A stretch of DNA of 64,000 bases, from positions 6,329 to 70,328 of the forward strand of contig QCRS01000001.1 of NCBI GenBank assembly GCA_003211755.1, in the 5' to 3' direction. This DNA is from Prochlorococcus sp. AG-463-F15. Lineage in GTDB: Bacteria; Cyanobacteriota; Cyanobacteriia; PCC-6307; Cyanobiaceae. A program made the position numbers and the translations under genes. Within the stretch, counting starts at the first letter, position 1, and each line of letters begins with the position of its first letter. The notes beneath the pieces were generated by a model, which did not search any database, was not told the DNA's origin, and worked only from the letters and a program-made list of their open reading frames with translations. This document shows positions 31,823 through 41,317 of the stretch, one piece after another.

Positions 31823-31889
31823 AATAAAAAAGACCCTTGCTAAAAGCTACGGGCCTGGGTGATGGGGAGCTTTCTTTCTAGGAGGAATT
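31823..31889 (-). ncRNA. Candidate small RNA, copy 2 (right arm of the inverted repeat)
   Basis: Exact reverse complement of 31421-31487. Confidence 0.55.
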
Positions 31890-32050
31890 TCATAGAAAAT
31901 CAAGCCCCTATAAGTAGTGCTTCTACTTGCCGTAGCGTTAATTTGCACCATAAGTGGTGTGTGTTCATTGGTGACAAGTCTCTTGACAGTAAAATATCCA
32001 ATAAAACTGTTCTATGGGGCTAGCAGTTGCACTTGATATAAGCACTCTGT

Positions 32051-32236
32051 TTGCTTTTGGTTCACATGTATTTTATGGATTATTTTTTTGACCCTGCGAC
32101 TCAAGTCGGTAACCCTACTTTGCTTTTAATAGAGAGATTATTTTATGGAGGGTTGGCGATATTCTTCTTTGGAGCGATCAGTACTGCTATCAAAAGAGCT
32201 ATGGAGAAAGATGATGAAGAGGGTATGGACAGCTAA
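32051..32236 (+). CDS. Small single-TM protein
   Basis: ...MDYFFDPATQVGNPTLLLIERLFYGGLAIFFFGAISTAIKRAMEKDD; the true start is probably an internal ATG. Confidence 0.55.
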   Translation: MLLVHMYFMDYFFDPATQVGNPTLLLIERLFYGGLAIFFFGAISTAIKRAMEKDDEEGMDS

Positions 32237-32434
32237 TTAGTCTCAACAGCGATAGGTTTTTCGCTTGAACAAGCATGTGTTTTTACCTGTTGACTAATGA
32301 TCAGAGTCAAGATTGTGCAAATGACTCTCTTTCACTCGCTTTGAAGCTAGGCACTTTTCATTTCTCTAGAGAGATCATTCACTTGGCTTCCTTAAATGCA
32401 AATAGAACTGAGCCTAACGAGAATATGTTTTCTC

Positions 32435-32490
32435 AAAAAAAAAACGGCCTGTGCAGACTCAGACCGCATAAGGCATCTCACAACCTGTAT
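32435..32490 (-). ncRNA. Candidate orphan small RNA (about 55 nt)
   Basis: Minus-strand terminator CGGTCTG-N8-CAGGCCG-T10 with no minus-strand gene directly upstream; preceded by a promoter motif shared with 40019-40066. Confidence 0.45.
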
Positions 32491-32942
32491 CTATATAAAC
32501 GCTTTTAGCTTTCTCGCGCTCTCGTTAGTAATACCCAAATATTTAGGTCAGTAAGTTTAGGAAGAAAGGGTATTTCTACTTGCAGAGCAATAGTGGTTTT
32601 TTTCTTCTATACTTCTCATCAAGCAGATCGCTGCAATTGACTGATCTTGTTTGCAAAAGATCTCATGGAAGCCAGTAAAAGCTATCTAGGTCTGTAAAGC
32701 GTAAACAGAAGTAATTACCGGCCGTACTTTGGTTAGAAAATTTTATTGGTGGCGCATGGCTTCTTTCTTGTATCTTTTGAAATTCATGTCATATCCTATA
32801 GCAGTCATTAGCCTTAGGAAGAATTCTTATGAGGAGTGCTTGTCAGAAAGATCTCTTGATTTCATTATCTACATAAAAACAGGTGAAATAGTTTCTGATT
32901 TTCACTTGTTTGCTAATCCAGTCGCATTTATTACTAATCACT

Positions 32943-33236
32943 ATGGCAGAAATAAAGCAGGATCCTAAGCGGTTTGCATTTGATATTTATTCACCAGTCA
33001 TAGGTGTAATAGCTCTAGGCGTTAGTTTGTGTGGAATTAGTCTTGTAATTATAGGAATAAGAATAGGACCATTAGTTCGTCAAGCAAGTATTTGGAATGG
33101 ATGTGTTGATACAACACAAGATTTTCTGTCTGAGCTTCCAAACTTTGTAGCAACTGATGCTGAGGATCTTAAAGCTATGTCAGTAAACTTGTGCAATGGT
33201 TCTACTCCTCAGAGAGTAGAAAGTCCTTCTAGATAA
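32943..33236 (+). CDS. Membrane-anchored protein with WNxC...VNxCNG motif, paralog of 34816-35049
   Basis: TM helix followed by RQASIWNGCVDTT...MSVNLCNG. Confidence 0.7.
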   Translation: MAEIKQDPKRFAFDIYSPVIGVIALGVSLCGISLVIIGIRIGPLVRQASIWNGCVDTTQDFLSELPNFVATDAEDLKAMSVNLCNGSTPQRVESPSR

Positions 33237-33389
33237 TTAAAGTCAACTGAAAAGACTTTTGTATAAATTTCTGGACTTTTTATTCGCTATTAAATCAATT
33301 AGATCTTATAAAGATGAGTTATTTCTCTATTACTTTAAACTAGAAATTAGAAATACAGTGTGGATAACCAAATGAGCAGATTTGGTTGT

Positions 33390-33548
33390 TTAAGTTCCAA
33401 ATAACCATGTGTCGAATGCTGCTGGGACACAAACTTCCCTGCCGTCACGGGATTTAAAGCATCTTTCGATTCCCCATTCTCTCTCAACAATTTTCACGGA
33501 TGAGATGTTCTTTGGAAGGGTGGGTGCTACTAAATGTGCTCGATCCAT
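33390..33548 (-). CDS. Microprotein (52 aa, not in the ORF track), paralog of 40232-40405
   Basis: Hand translation MDRAHLVAPTLPKNISSVKIVEREWGIERCFKSRDGREVCVPAAFDTWLFGT; hairpin AACCAAAT-N6-ATTTGGTT follows the stop. Confidence 0.7.
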   Translation of the reverse strand: MDRAHLVAPTLPKNISSVKIVEREWGIERCFKSRDGREVCVPAAFDTWLFGT

Positions 33549-33740
33549 GTGAGTATGCAACTACTCTTTTCTATCTGCTATTGATACCTGGTCAATAAGC
33601 AAAAAGGCTGTTTTACAATTATGATTGACTTACTTCCAGAGTCCTTCTTATAGCCTGTGTTCTTCTGGACTGCAATTATTAGAAAGTCAATAAAACAAGT
33701 CACAGATGGACTTCTTTAGTATTTATGTTCAAACTCAGAT

Positions 33741-33926
33741 ATGGGCCAAACAACTACTAAACCTACAGGACGGTATCAATGTCGAGATTGTATCTATGCA
33801 TATGATCCTGCTGTAGGTGATCTGAAGCAAGGAATTTCACCTGGTACTCCCTTTGAGGATTTGCCAGATTATTGGGTTTGTCCTGTATGTAGGGCAAGTA
33901 AACGACGATTTATATCCTCAGGTTAA
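33741..33926 (+). CDS. Rubredoxin
   Basis: [12 protein letters not shown]...[17 protein letters not shown]. Confidence 0.92.
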   Translation: MGQTTTKPTGRYQCRDCIYAYDPAVGDLKQGISPGTPFEDLPDYWVCPVCRASKRRFISSG

Positions 33927-33970
33927 TTGGACGGATGTTTATTGATCTTCTCCTTTCTATTCAAACTTGA

Positions 33971-34687
33971 TTACCAAGGAAGTGTTTCACCGTTTGAGTG
34001 CCAAAATCCACCTGATGAGTCAATCGTGAGTGAGTCAATTCTATTAAGCAGCCCAATGACCGACTGTTCAGGAGTTATTCCATGAGGTGTAAAGCCTGTC
34101 ATCCGGGTGCTTACAAGACCTGGATGTAACAGAGCTACAGAGATTCCATAGGGTCTTAAATCAATTGACAAAGATTTGCCAGCCATACAAAGTGCGGCTT
34201 TCGACATTCTGTAGCCGTATGATCCCCCACTATTGTTGTCTTTAATGGATCCCATCCTGCTCGTTACCAAAATGACTTTTGATCCCTCTCTGAGGTTGTT
34301 AAGCATGTTTGCAGTAAGCAACAATGGACCTATGGCATTAACCGCAAACTGATCCTTAATACTTTCAACGTCAAGGTTCTCTAGGCAGTTGGTTTCAGCA
34401 ATCCCTGCATTCAGAATTAATACATCAACTTTTGTGTTGCTTAACTTTTCTTTTAAACAAACTATAGAAGCTTCTGATGCCAGATCAACTCCACGCTCTG
34501 TTTGTATGTTTAGTTCATCTAGTTCCTTCGAGGATTTACGACATACAGCTATTACCTCATTTCCTTTTCCTTTTAATTGTCGACAAAACTCAAGCCCAAT
34601 TCCACGATTAGCACCAGTTATCAAGAAAACTGCCAAAGTTTTAGCTGCATATTCAGAGATTTTAGTTGGATTGGGTTTAGAACCCAA
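33971..34687 (-). CDS. Short-chain dehydrogenase/reductase (CsgA-like)
   Basis: Motifs TGANRGIG, LNAGI, YRMSKAA and LHPGLVST. Start probably about 18 codons downstream. Confidence 0.9.
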   Translation of the reverse strand: MGSKPNPTKISEYAAKTLAVFLITGANRGIGLEFCRQLKGKGNEVIAVCRKSSKELDELNIQTERGVDLASEASIVCLKEKLSNTKVDVLILNAGIAETNCLENLDVESIKDQFAVNAIGPLLLTANMLNNLREGSKVILVTSRMGSIKDNNSGGSYGYRMSKAALCMAGKSLSIDLRPYGISVALLHPGLVSTRMTGFTPHGITPEQSVIGLLNRIDSLTIDSSGGFWHSNGETLPW

Positions 34688-34815
34688 TTAATTAGTCTTG
34701 AAAAGCCTTTCTGCGATGGATTTTTTCAAAGACTTAACCCTATTAGTAAGCATGTTTTCTTTTTGGTGGATATGGAACTTATGATCTTCCTCTGCATAGG
34801 ACTCTGCAAGTTGGA

Positions 34816-35049
34816 TTAGTCTTTGTTTTTGTAATGGACAGCACCATTGCAAATATTAACTGCTATTGCCTCTCTACCGACTTGTCCTTTGCCTTCTAGG
34901 CTATGGATCTTTGATAGGAAGTTTCTTGTTGTCTCTAGACATCGATTCCAAGCTGTAGATTGACGTGAAACAGGTGCTAATTCGATTGCAATTACTGACA
35001 AACTAAGAGCCATGATGCCTAAAAAACAATTTTGAAGTGAGTTACTCAT
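34816..35049 (-). CDS. Small protein with WNxC...VNxCNG motif
   Basis: Hydrophobic N-terminus followed by RQSTAWNRCLETT...IAVNICNG. Confidence 0.7.
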   Translation of the reverse strand: MSNSLQNCFLGIMALSLSVIAIELAPVSRQSTAWNRCLETTRNFLSKIHSLEGKGQVGREAIAVNICNGAVHYKNKD

Positions 35050-35279
35050 TTCATTCTTATTCTATTAGGAGCATTATGCTTCTAGTAAGGTTAATCTGAC
35101 TAGACACCTAAATCAATCTAAGAGGTGTTGATGCTTGTTACATATCTTGTGAAATTCAAATGATTGAAATTTTTCCCTAGGCGGTTTTGAGCTTTAAAAT
35201 TTCGACAATAAACAATCTCCAATCAAATAGAAATCACTTGATTGCAATATCTCTTTAATATCAATGTTTCTGAAGACTA

Positions 35280-36221
35280 TTGATGAATTGGAAAATCAAT
35301 GACATTCCTGATCAATCTGGTCGCGTAGTTTTCGTAACTGGTGCGAATAGTGGTTTAGGCCTCCAAACCACTAGAGCTTTACTTGGGAAAGGAGCGACAG
35401 TCATCATGGGATGTCGCTCTATAAAAAAAGCCCAAGAGGCAATTGAGAATTTTCTTGAGAAAACTAGTATTGGGACTATTGACTTGATCGAGATAGACCT
35501 TGCAGATTTACGGAAAGTAAAAAGAGCAAGTGATCAGTTTCGAGAAAAATATGACCGACTTGATTTGCTAATAAATAATGCTGGAGTCATGGCACCACCA
35601 CGCACCCTTAGCAAGCAGGGGTTGGAGCTTCAATTTGCAGTAAATCATCTTGCTCATATGTCTTTAACTCTAAGGATGTTGCCGTTGCTTGCAAAAACCA
35701 GTGGGTCCAGAGTTGTAACAGTTACTTCAGGAGCTCAATATATGGGAAAAATGAATTGGGAAGATCTCCAAGGAGAGATCCAATATGACCGTTGGACTTC
35801 CTATTCTCAAAGCAAATTAGCCAATGTGATGTTTGCCCTAGAGCTAGATAATCGTTTACGTCGCTCGAAACTTGACGTGTGTTCTCTTCTTGCGCATCCA
35901 GGTTTAGCTAGAACTAATTTGCAGTCCTCGTCGATCTCCGCAAGCAAATCTTGGCAAGAATCTCTGGCATATAATTTGATGGGGCCTTTGTTCCAGAGTG
36001 CAGCTATGGGAGCACTCCCACAATTGCTTGCTGCCACAGGACCCAAGGCTCAAGGAGGGGAACAATATTGCCCTCGCTTTAACTTCAGGGGATCACCAAA
36101 ACTTTGCAATAGTGCTCCACTAGCTTCAAATAGGGAAGAAAGAGAAAGGCTATGGGAAGTGAGTAAAACTCTTATTGGGGATCTAGTAAACCTTGGAGAA
36201 GGCTTTCAATCTCTACTTTGA
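35280..36221 (+). CDS. SDR oxidoreductase (retinol-dehydrogenase-like)
   Basis: Motifs TGANSGLG, INNAGVM, YSQSKLAN and AHPG. Confidence 0.9.
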   Translation: MMNWKINDIPDQSGRVVFVTGANSGLGLQTTRALLGKGATVIMGCRSIKKAQEAIENFLEKTSIGTIDLIEIDLADLRKVKRASDQFREKYDRLDLLINNAGVMAPPRTLSKQGLELQFAVNHLAHMSLTLRMLPLLAKTSGSRVVTVTSGAQYMGKMNWEDLQGEIQYDRWTSYSQSKLANVMFALELDNRLRRSKLDVCSLLAHPGLARTNLQSSSISASKSWQESLAYNLMGPLFQSAAMGALPQLLAATGPKAQGGEQYCPRFNFRGSPKLCNSAPLASNREERERLWEVSKTLIGDLVNLGEGFQSLL

Positions 36222-36614
36222 TTATGCGTCTTTGTAGGCGTGTTGCATAAGTATTTCAATACCAATGATTCCTAATGCACTGATTTCAGTTGCTTTTAGC
36301 CGTACTAATGGCGCCATGCCGTCATCATAAGCTTGTTTCCATCGTGGTGCACATAAACACCAGTGATCATCAGCTTTTAGTCCTGTGAACCCGTATTCAA
36401 GCATTGGTGTAATCAAATCGTTTCCTTGAGCTTTGCTGTAATTCAAAAATGAATCAGTCATCACACAACAGATAGTGTGTTGCCCGATATCTGATGGATC
36501 TGTTTTGCAATATCCATCTCTATACCAACCTGTGATTGGTTTACAGCTACATATTTGCAGTGGTTCCCCTAAGATATTTAAAATTGTTGATGTATTGGGA
36601 CTATCTGAGTTCAT
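36222..36614 (-). CDS. DUF2237 family protein
   Basis: NILGEPLQICS...TGWYRDGYC...GNDLITP...WCLCAPRW. Confidence 0.9.
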   Translation of the reverse strand: MNSDSPNTSTILNILGEPLQICSCKPITGWYRDGYCKTDPSDIGQHTICCVMTDSFLNYSKAQGNDLITPMLEYGFTGLKADDHWCLCAPRWKQAYDDGMAPLVRLKATEISALGIIGIEILMQHAYKDA

Positions 36615-36941
36615 GGACTTTTTGTGATGATGCTATTTAGTTGAACCTATATGCATACCTTTTAAATTGACTAGTACCAGCTTCCATTAGAATCAACTCA
36701 TAACATTAGATCTTTGTGAGCTCTCCACTTAATATTTGAAGACCTTAAACGCAAGAACTGCTGAATAATACAAGCGTCTAAGTTCATATTTTTGTTTACA
36801 GGTGTGATAACTATTAATTGTTCCCTTTATCAAATTGATAAATTATTTATAGAATAGATAATTTATCCATATTTAATTCTTCTATACATCTAACATTGCA
36901 CTTGATTAGTTGATTCTCTTATTGGTAGGAATTCAAACCAG

Positions 36942-37625
36942 ATGAAAGAGAATATCTTATATACTTTTCGCCGTTGCCCATTCGCAATGAGGGCGCGATG
37001 GGCCTTACTTATGACCAAAAGAGTTGTTGTTTGGCGTGAAGTTTTATTAAGCCAGAAGCCTAGAGAACTGTTAAGTATTTCGCCTAAAGGTACTGTCCCT
37101 GTCTTGCTAACCTCTTCAGGTGAGGTTATTGATGAGAGTGTTGAAATCATGTATTGGGCACTTAAGGAGAATGATAAGTTAAATATTCTTTGTAAGAATG
37201 ATCTACAAGCTGAAAATGATTTAAAATATATTATAAAAAAAAATGACTGTGTATACAAATATCATCTCGATAGATATAAATATGCCGATCGATTTATTAA
37301 GTCTGAATGGGAATATCATAAAAATGCTGCAAGAGAAATTTTATTGGAATGGGAGAATAGGTTATGTTCTCAGAATAATAATGAGACTCGTTGGCTTTTA
37401 CAGAACAGAGAAACATTAGCAGATTGGGCTATTTGGCCTTTTGTTCGCCAATATAGAATTGTAGATCCTAATTCTTTTGATCAGGACCATGGTCTACAGA
37501 GTCTTAGGGAGTGGCTTATGATGTATTCTAATAATTCTAAATTCAAGGTATTAATGCAAAAGTCGAAACAATGGTTCCCAAATAATAGTAAAAAGTATTT
37601 CCCTCCTGAACATTTATCTAAATAA
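36942..37625 (+). CDS. Glutathione S-transferase family protein
   Basis: Motifs LYTFRRCPFAMRAR, SPKGTVPVL, IDES and ADWAIWPFVRQ. Confidence 0.9.
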   Translation: MKENILYTFRRCPFAMRARWALLMTKRVVVWREVLLSQKPRELLSISPKGTVPVLLTSSGEVIDESVEIMYWALKENDKLNILCKNDLQAENDLKYIIKKNDCVYKYHLDRYKYADRFIKSEWEYHKNAAREILLEWENRLCSQNNNETRWLLQNRETLADWAIWPFVRQYRIVDPNSFDQDHGLQSLREWLMMYSNNSKFKVLMQKSKQWFPNNSKKYFPPEHLSK

Positions 37626-37836
37626 GAGGACTCTTTCTCCCTAAAGAATTGTGCTATTTTGAATATACTCATTTACATAAAACTATATTTAGTCAACCTA
37701 TATATACAATTATCAATTTAAAGAGGTGTGAACTAGAAAATACATTGAGCATTATATAATTAATATTAGGATTTATCATGCCTTCCTAATGTTGTCAGCT
37801 TCCAGCGAGAAAAGGCTTAACTGAAGAAATTAAATC

Positions 37837-38703
37837 ATGGGAGTTTTTGCTGCTATCTCTGCTGCTTTATCGTGGACTATTGCTTGTTTTATTTGGAGGT
37901 CTCAAACTAAATTCTTTAGTTCAATCCAGATCAACCTTATAAAGAATACTTTAGCTGCTTTCCTATTCTCTCCTGTCATACTCACGATTTCTTCGAATAC
38001 TGAAATTAAAGCAATTGCTATTCTTTCTATGAGTGGTTTTATAGGAATAACATTAGGAGATTCTTTTTATATTACAGCATTACGTATCTTAGGTACTCGC
38101 AGGACACTTACTGTCGAAGCATTCTCTCCAATTCTGGCTAATTTGTTCGGGGCAATATTGATAAAAGAAATTGCACCTTTAAAAGTCTGGATAGGAGCTT
38201 CTATTATCACTTTATCACTTACCTTAATTGCAAGAGAGAATATCGAGAATATACCAATAAATACGAAAGAAGATGACTCTCTAATTAAAGGATTCATCTT
38301 CGCATTCTTATCATTAATATGTGCTGTTCTTGCTGCAACTTTATCGAGATATGTATTGAAGGACTCTGTTATATCATCTCTTCAGTCTACAGAAATTAGA
38401 CTAGTAGCCTCAATCATCTTTTTGATTCCAGTAGCAAGAATAAATTTTAGTTATCTCTTAAATGATATTACAAAAAGGAATCAATTAAAACTTGTAGTCG
38501 CTACACTTTTAGGTACAAATCTTGGTATATACCTACAACAAACAGTTTTTAAGCTTTTACCTATTGGATTGGGTTGGACTTTATTAAGTATATCACCAGT
38601 AATTTCTCTATTCTTTGCAAGTCTTGAAGGCGAAGATATTGATACTAAGAGTATTCTTACATCTCTCCTTGCTTTAGTAGGAGTTGCAATTGCATTAATT
38701 TGA
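37837..38703 (+). CDS. DMT/EamA family transporter
   Basis: About ten hydrophobic helices in two repeats; SGFIGITLGD motif. Confidence 0.85.
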   Translation: MGVFAAISAALSWTIACFIWRSQTKFFSSIQINLIKNTLAAFLFSPVILTISSNTEIKAIAILSMSGFIGITLGDSFYITALRILGTRRTLTVEAFSPILANLFGAILIKEIAPLKVWIGASIITLSLTLIARENIENIPINTKEDDSLIKGFIFAFLSLICAVLAATLSRYVLKDSVISSLQSTEIRLVASIIFLIPVARINFSYLLNDITKRNQLKLVVATLLGTNLGIYLQQTVFKLLPIGLGWTLLSISPVISLFFASLEGEDIDTKSILTSLLALVGVAIALI

Positions 38704-38746
38704 TTTCAAGGATTTAAATTTTCTGAAATAGAACTTTTGATCATCA

Positions 38747-39628
38747 CTAAATATTTGACTTGTCTAAATACTTTCTAAGTACGGAAATATCATAGTCTTG
38801 ATATCCCTCTTTAATTAAACTTTCTTCGATCTCTTTTACTTTTTTTGTAACCTGTAGATTTAATCCAGACTCTTCTGCAGTTTTTATTGCAATGCACAAA
38901 TCTTTGTGGTGGAGGGATAGTTTAAACCCCAATGGAAAATTATTTTCAACCATATTTTTAGAGCGATTTGTAAGTGCCCATGAATTAGCAGCTCCTTTTT
39001 GCAAAGAATCGATAACTTGTTCCATAGGTAAATCTAATTGTTGTCCTAAAGCAATTGCTTCTGCAACTGCAGCATAGTTTCCTGCAACCAGCACTTGATT
39101 GATTGCTTTTACTTGTTGTCCCTTGCCAACTTCTCCAAAAGCGAAGATAGAACTTCCTATCGAGTTTAAGATTGGATGTAATTCATCAAGCATCTTTTCA
39201 TCAGCACCTAAAAATATTGTCAGTGAACCTGATTTTGCGCCTTCACTACCACCTGTTACAGGTGCATCTACATAAGTTATCTTTTTCTTTTTAAGCCTAG
39301 ATGAAAATGATTTTGATTTTGCCGGACTAATTGTTGATAAATCAAGCACAATACTCCCTTCCTTAAGACTATCTTGAGCACCGTGTTGACCAAATAAAAC
39401 CATCTCAACTGCTTCATCATTACTTACACAAACCAAAAGGACATCACAATTTTTGGCTGCTTCGTATGGGCTTGAGCATGATTTAGCTTGTTTTAGACAT
39501 TTATCTTTTTCAGCTATACGGCTTCTTGTATGAACCTGCAATTCAAATCCTGCTGCAATTAAATTTTCTGCTATAGGTAACCCAATTGTACCTAAACCAA
39601 TAAAACCCAGGCATGGAGTTGAACTCAT
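38747..39628 (-). CDS. 3-hydroxyisobutyrate/tartronate-semialdehyde dehydrogenase family oxidoreductase
   Basis: Motifs GFIGLGTIG, DAPVTGG, KAINQ and KDL. Confidence 0.9.
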   Translation of the reverse strand: MSSTPCLGFIGLGTIGLPIAENLIAAGFELQVHTRSRIAEKDKCLKQAKSCSSPYEAAKNCDVLLVCVSNDEAVEMVLFGQHGAQDSLKEGSIVLDLSTISPAKSKSFSSRLKKKKITYVDAPVTGGSEGAKSGSLTIFLGADEKMLDELHPILNSIGSSIFAFGEVGKGQQVKAINQVLVAGNYAAVAEAIALGQQLDLPMEQVIDSLQKGAANSWALTNRSKNMVENNFPLGFKLSLHHKDLCIAIKTAEESGLNLQVTKKVKEIEESLIKEGYQDYDISVLRKYLDKSNI

Positions 39629-39783
39629 CTTTTTGCTAAACCTAGCAACCCTTACTATTCCATATACGGGAGCATTGATTCGAGAAATTTATAGTAGTGA
39701 TTTTCGAGTCCCAGCAATCAGGAGTTATCTCTTGGAGAGATAAGCAGAATTCATGTCTTTTTATTAATGGCCTAGATTATTTC

Positions 39784-39966
39784 TTAGTACCTTAAAGGTC
39801 GTTTCACTAGGTATGTATTGAGAAGCATCCTTGATTCATTTTTCGGACCACCTTTCTTGGGTAGACATTCAACAGTTGACCAGATGAAGATAAAAGCCAT
39901 AGAGCCCAATAAAAAATATGCCCATATGTTGGGCACTTGATTCCTAGTCTCCTCTTTTGTAGTCAT
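39784..39966 (-). CDS. Small single-TM protein
   Basis: MTTKEETRNQVPNIWAYFLLGSMAFIFIWSTVECLPKK... Confidence 0.55.
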   Translation of the reverse strand: MTTKEETRNQVPNIWAYFLLGSMAFIFIWSTVECLPKKGGPKNESRMLLNTYLVKRPLRY

Positions 39967-40018
39967 ACTGCCACACAACCCATCCCATGAAGATCATGGA
40001 GGATCAAAGTTCTATATG

Positions 40019-40066
40019 TATATAACTACTTGTACCTAGTTAATGCTCTCGTAATAAATACCTAAA
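40019..40066 (-). promoter_or_regulatory. Promoter element shared with 32492-32539
   Basis: Minus strand TTTAGGTATTTATTACGAGAGC-N19-TTATATA versus TTTGGGTATTACTAACGAGAGC-N19-TTATATA. Confidence 0.6.
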
Positions 40067-40231
40067 CAGAAACCTAAAGGTTCAGAAAGGTAACAGATGT
40101 ACTAATTAAATGGTACATCTTTCCCTGCAAGAGCTTCACATTGATCTTGAGCTCTCAGACCTCTAGAAATAGCTATGTCCTAGGCTTGCAACTCCTGAAG
40201 CTAGTGTTGCTCATTTCATTCTTGAATAGAA

Positions 40232-40405
40232 TTAATCAAAAAGACAAAGTCGCTTATTTTCACGATCTCTTCTTCTTGAATAGAGATAACTGCTAAATAG
40301 CCAAGAATCTAGTGAGGTTGGTATGGAGTGTTCGAGACCATCTGCAGATCTATAGATCCTTTCGATGCCGAATTCTCTTTCTACGATTTTAATTGCAAAA
40401 TTCAT
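40232..40405 (-). CDS. Microprotein (57 aa, not in the ORF track), paralog of 33390-33548
   Basis: Hand translation MNFAIKIVEREFGIERIYRSADGLEHSIPTSLDSWLFSSYLYSRRRDRENKRLCLFD. Confidence 0.7.
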   Translation of the reverse strand: MNFAIKIVEREFGIERIYRSADGLEHSIPTSLDSWLFSSYLYSRRRDRENKRLCLFD

Positions 40406-40757
40406 AGACTATTCATATGGATCCTTTTTTTTAGTGGTTTGATTGACATAGAGCAATAAGTAAAAATTGCAGTTGACACTCATATCCCAGTCTTCAGTAC
40501 TGATTTGAAGGTTCTTAAAATAATCTGAGGAGTATTTTCTCAATTTTATTTGATGCATTTTAAACTTAATACATAAACCTTTGTTTAGAGTAATTATATG
40601 GGCTTATTACTCTTGTAAATTAATAATTCTAGGGTTTTTCTCCTTGACCAACTATTTTTGTTGAGTGTGTAGCCGACTCTTCCCATGACATAGAAATACT
40701 TTTATGATTAATTGGTAATAATCAAAAACCTGTATACCACTTTTATCCAGTGCTTAA

Positions 40758-40937
40758 ATGAAATTCTTTCTACTAGTGATTGTTCCGATTGCTTCTTTAA
40801 GTATTTGGGTACTTATTAGCTTGCTTAGAAAACTAGTCAATGAACAAGTAGAAGAGCAAGTGAAGAATTTTGCTAATCAAGCAAAAATTCCGAAATTTCT
40901 TAGTAATCGCATAGGAATAAGAATTAAATGGCGCTAG
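40758..40937 (+). CDS. Small single-TM protein (59 aa, not in the ORF track)
   Basis: Hand translation MKFFLLVIVPIASLSIWVLISLLRKLVNEQVEEQVKNFANQAKIPKFLSNRIGIRIKWR. Confidence 0.5.
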   Translation: MKFFLLVIVPIASLSIWVLISLLRKLVNEQVEEQVKNFANQAKIPKFLSNRIGIRIKWR

Positions 40938-41163
40938 CTAGCTTTATTCTCCTTAGAGATTTCTGATTATATGGCTAAGCATATTCACTATGAATTTATT
41001 TATTTGTGACTCCATATATATAGGCACTAGCTTCCATAAGAACTATTTGCTATCCATGCATCTACCTAGGTAACACTACTTAGGTGCTTTATTCTCCGTA
41101 ATTAAATTACCCAAAACCTATTAATCTGTTGTAGAAAGAATTTTAGTAGAGGGAGTGTAATTC

Positions 41164-41313
41164 ATGCAAAAAAACGAAGACGGTATTGAAAAATTTGAGG
41201 AACAAGATGCAATTGATTCATATTTTGATTGCATTACCGCTTGCTCACTACATGGAGATGGTCTTGACTGCGTAACTCGTTGTGTCGAAGTACATCTAAA
41301 GGATGGCCTTTAA
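41164..41313 (+). CDS. Twin-CX3C microprotein (49 aa, not in the ORF track)
   Basis: Hand translation MQKNEDGIEKFEEQDAIDSYFDCITACSLHGDGLDCVTRCVEVHLKDGL; GAGGGAG RBS upstream. Confidence 0.7.
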   Translation: MQKNEDGIEKFEEQDAIDSYFDCITACSLHGDGLDCVTRCVEVHLKDGL

Positions 41314-41317
41314 CTAT

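Noticed and set aside
31421-31889. IS or MITE interpretation of the inverted repeat
   Set aside because: No transposase, no evident target-site duplication and no further copies in the window; the arms end in inward-facing terminators.
33359-33367. Perfect DnaA box TGTGGATAA
   Set aside because: A single isolated 9-mer can arise by chance.
40090-40104. LexA-box-like GTAACAGATGTACTA
   Set aside because: Only the right half-site fits, and no DNA repair gene is adjacent.
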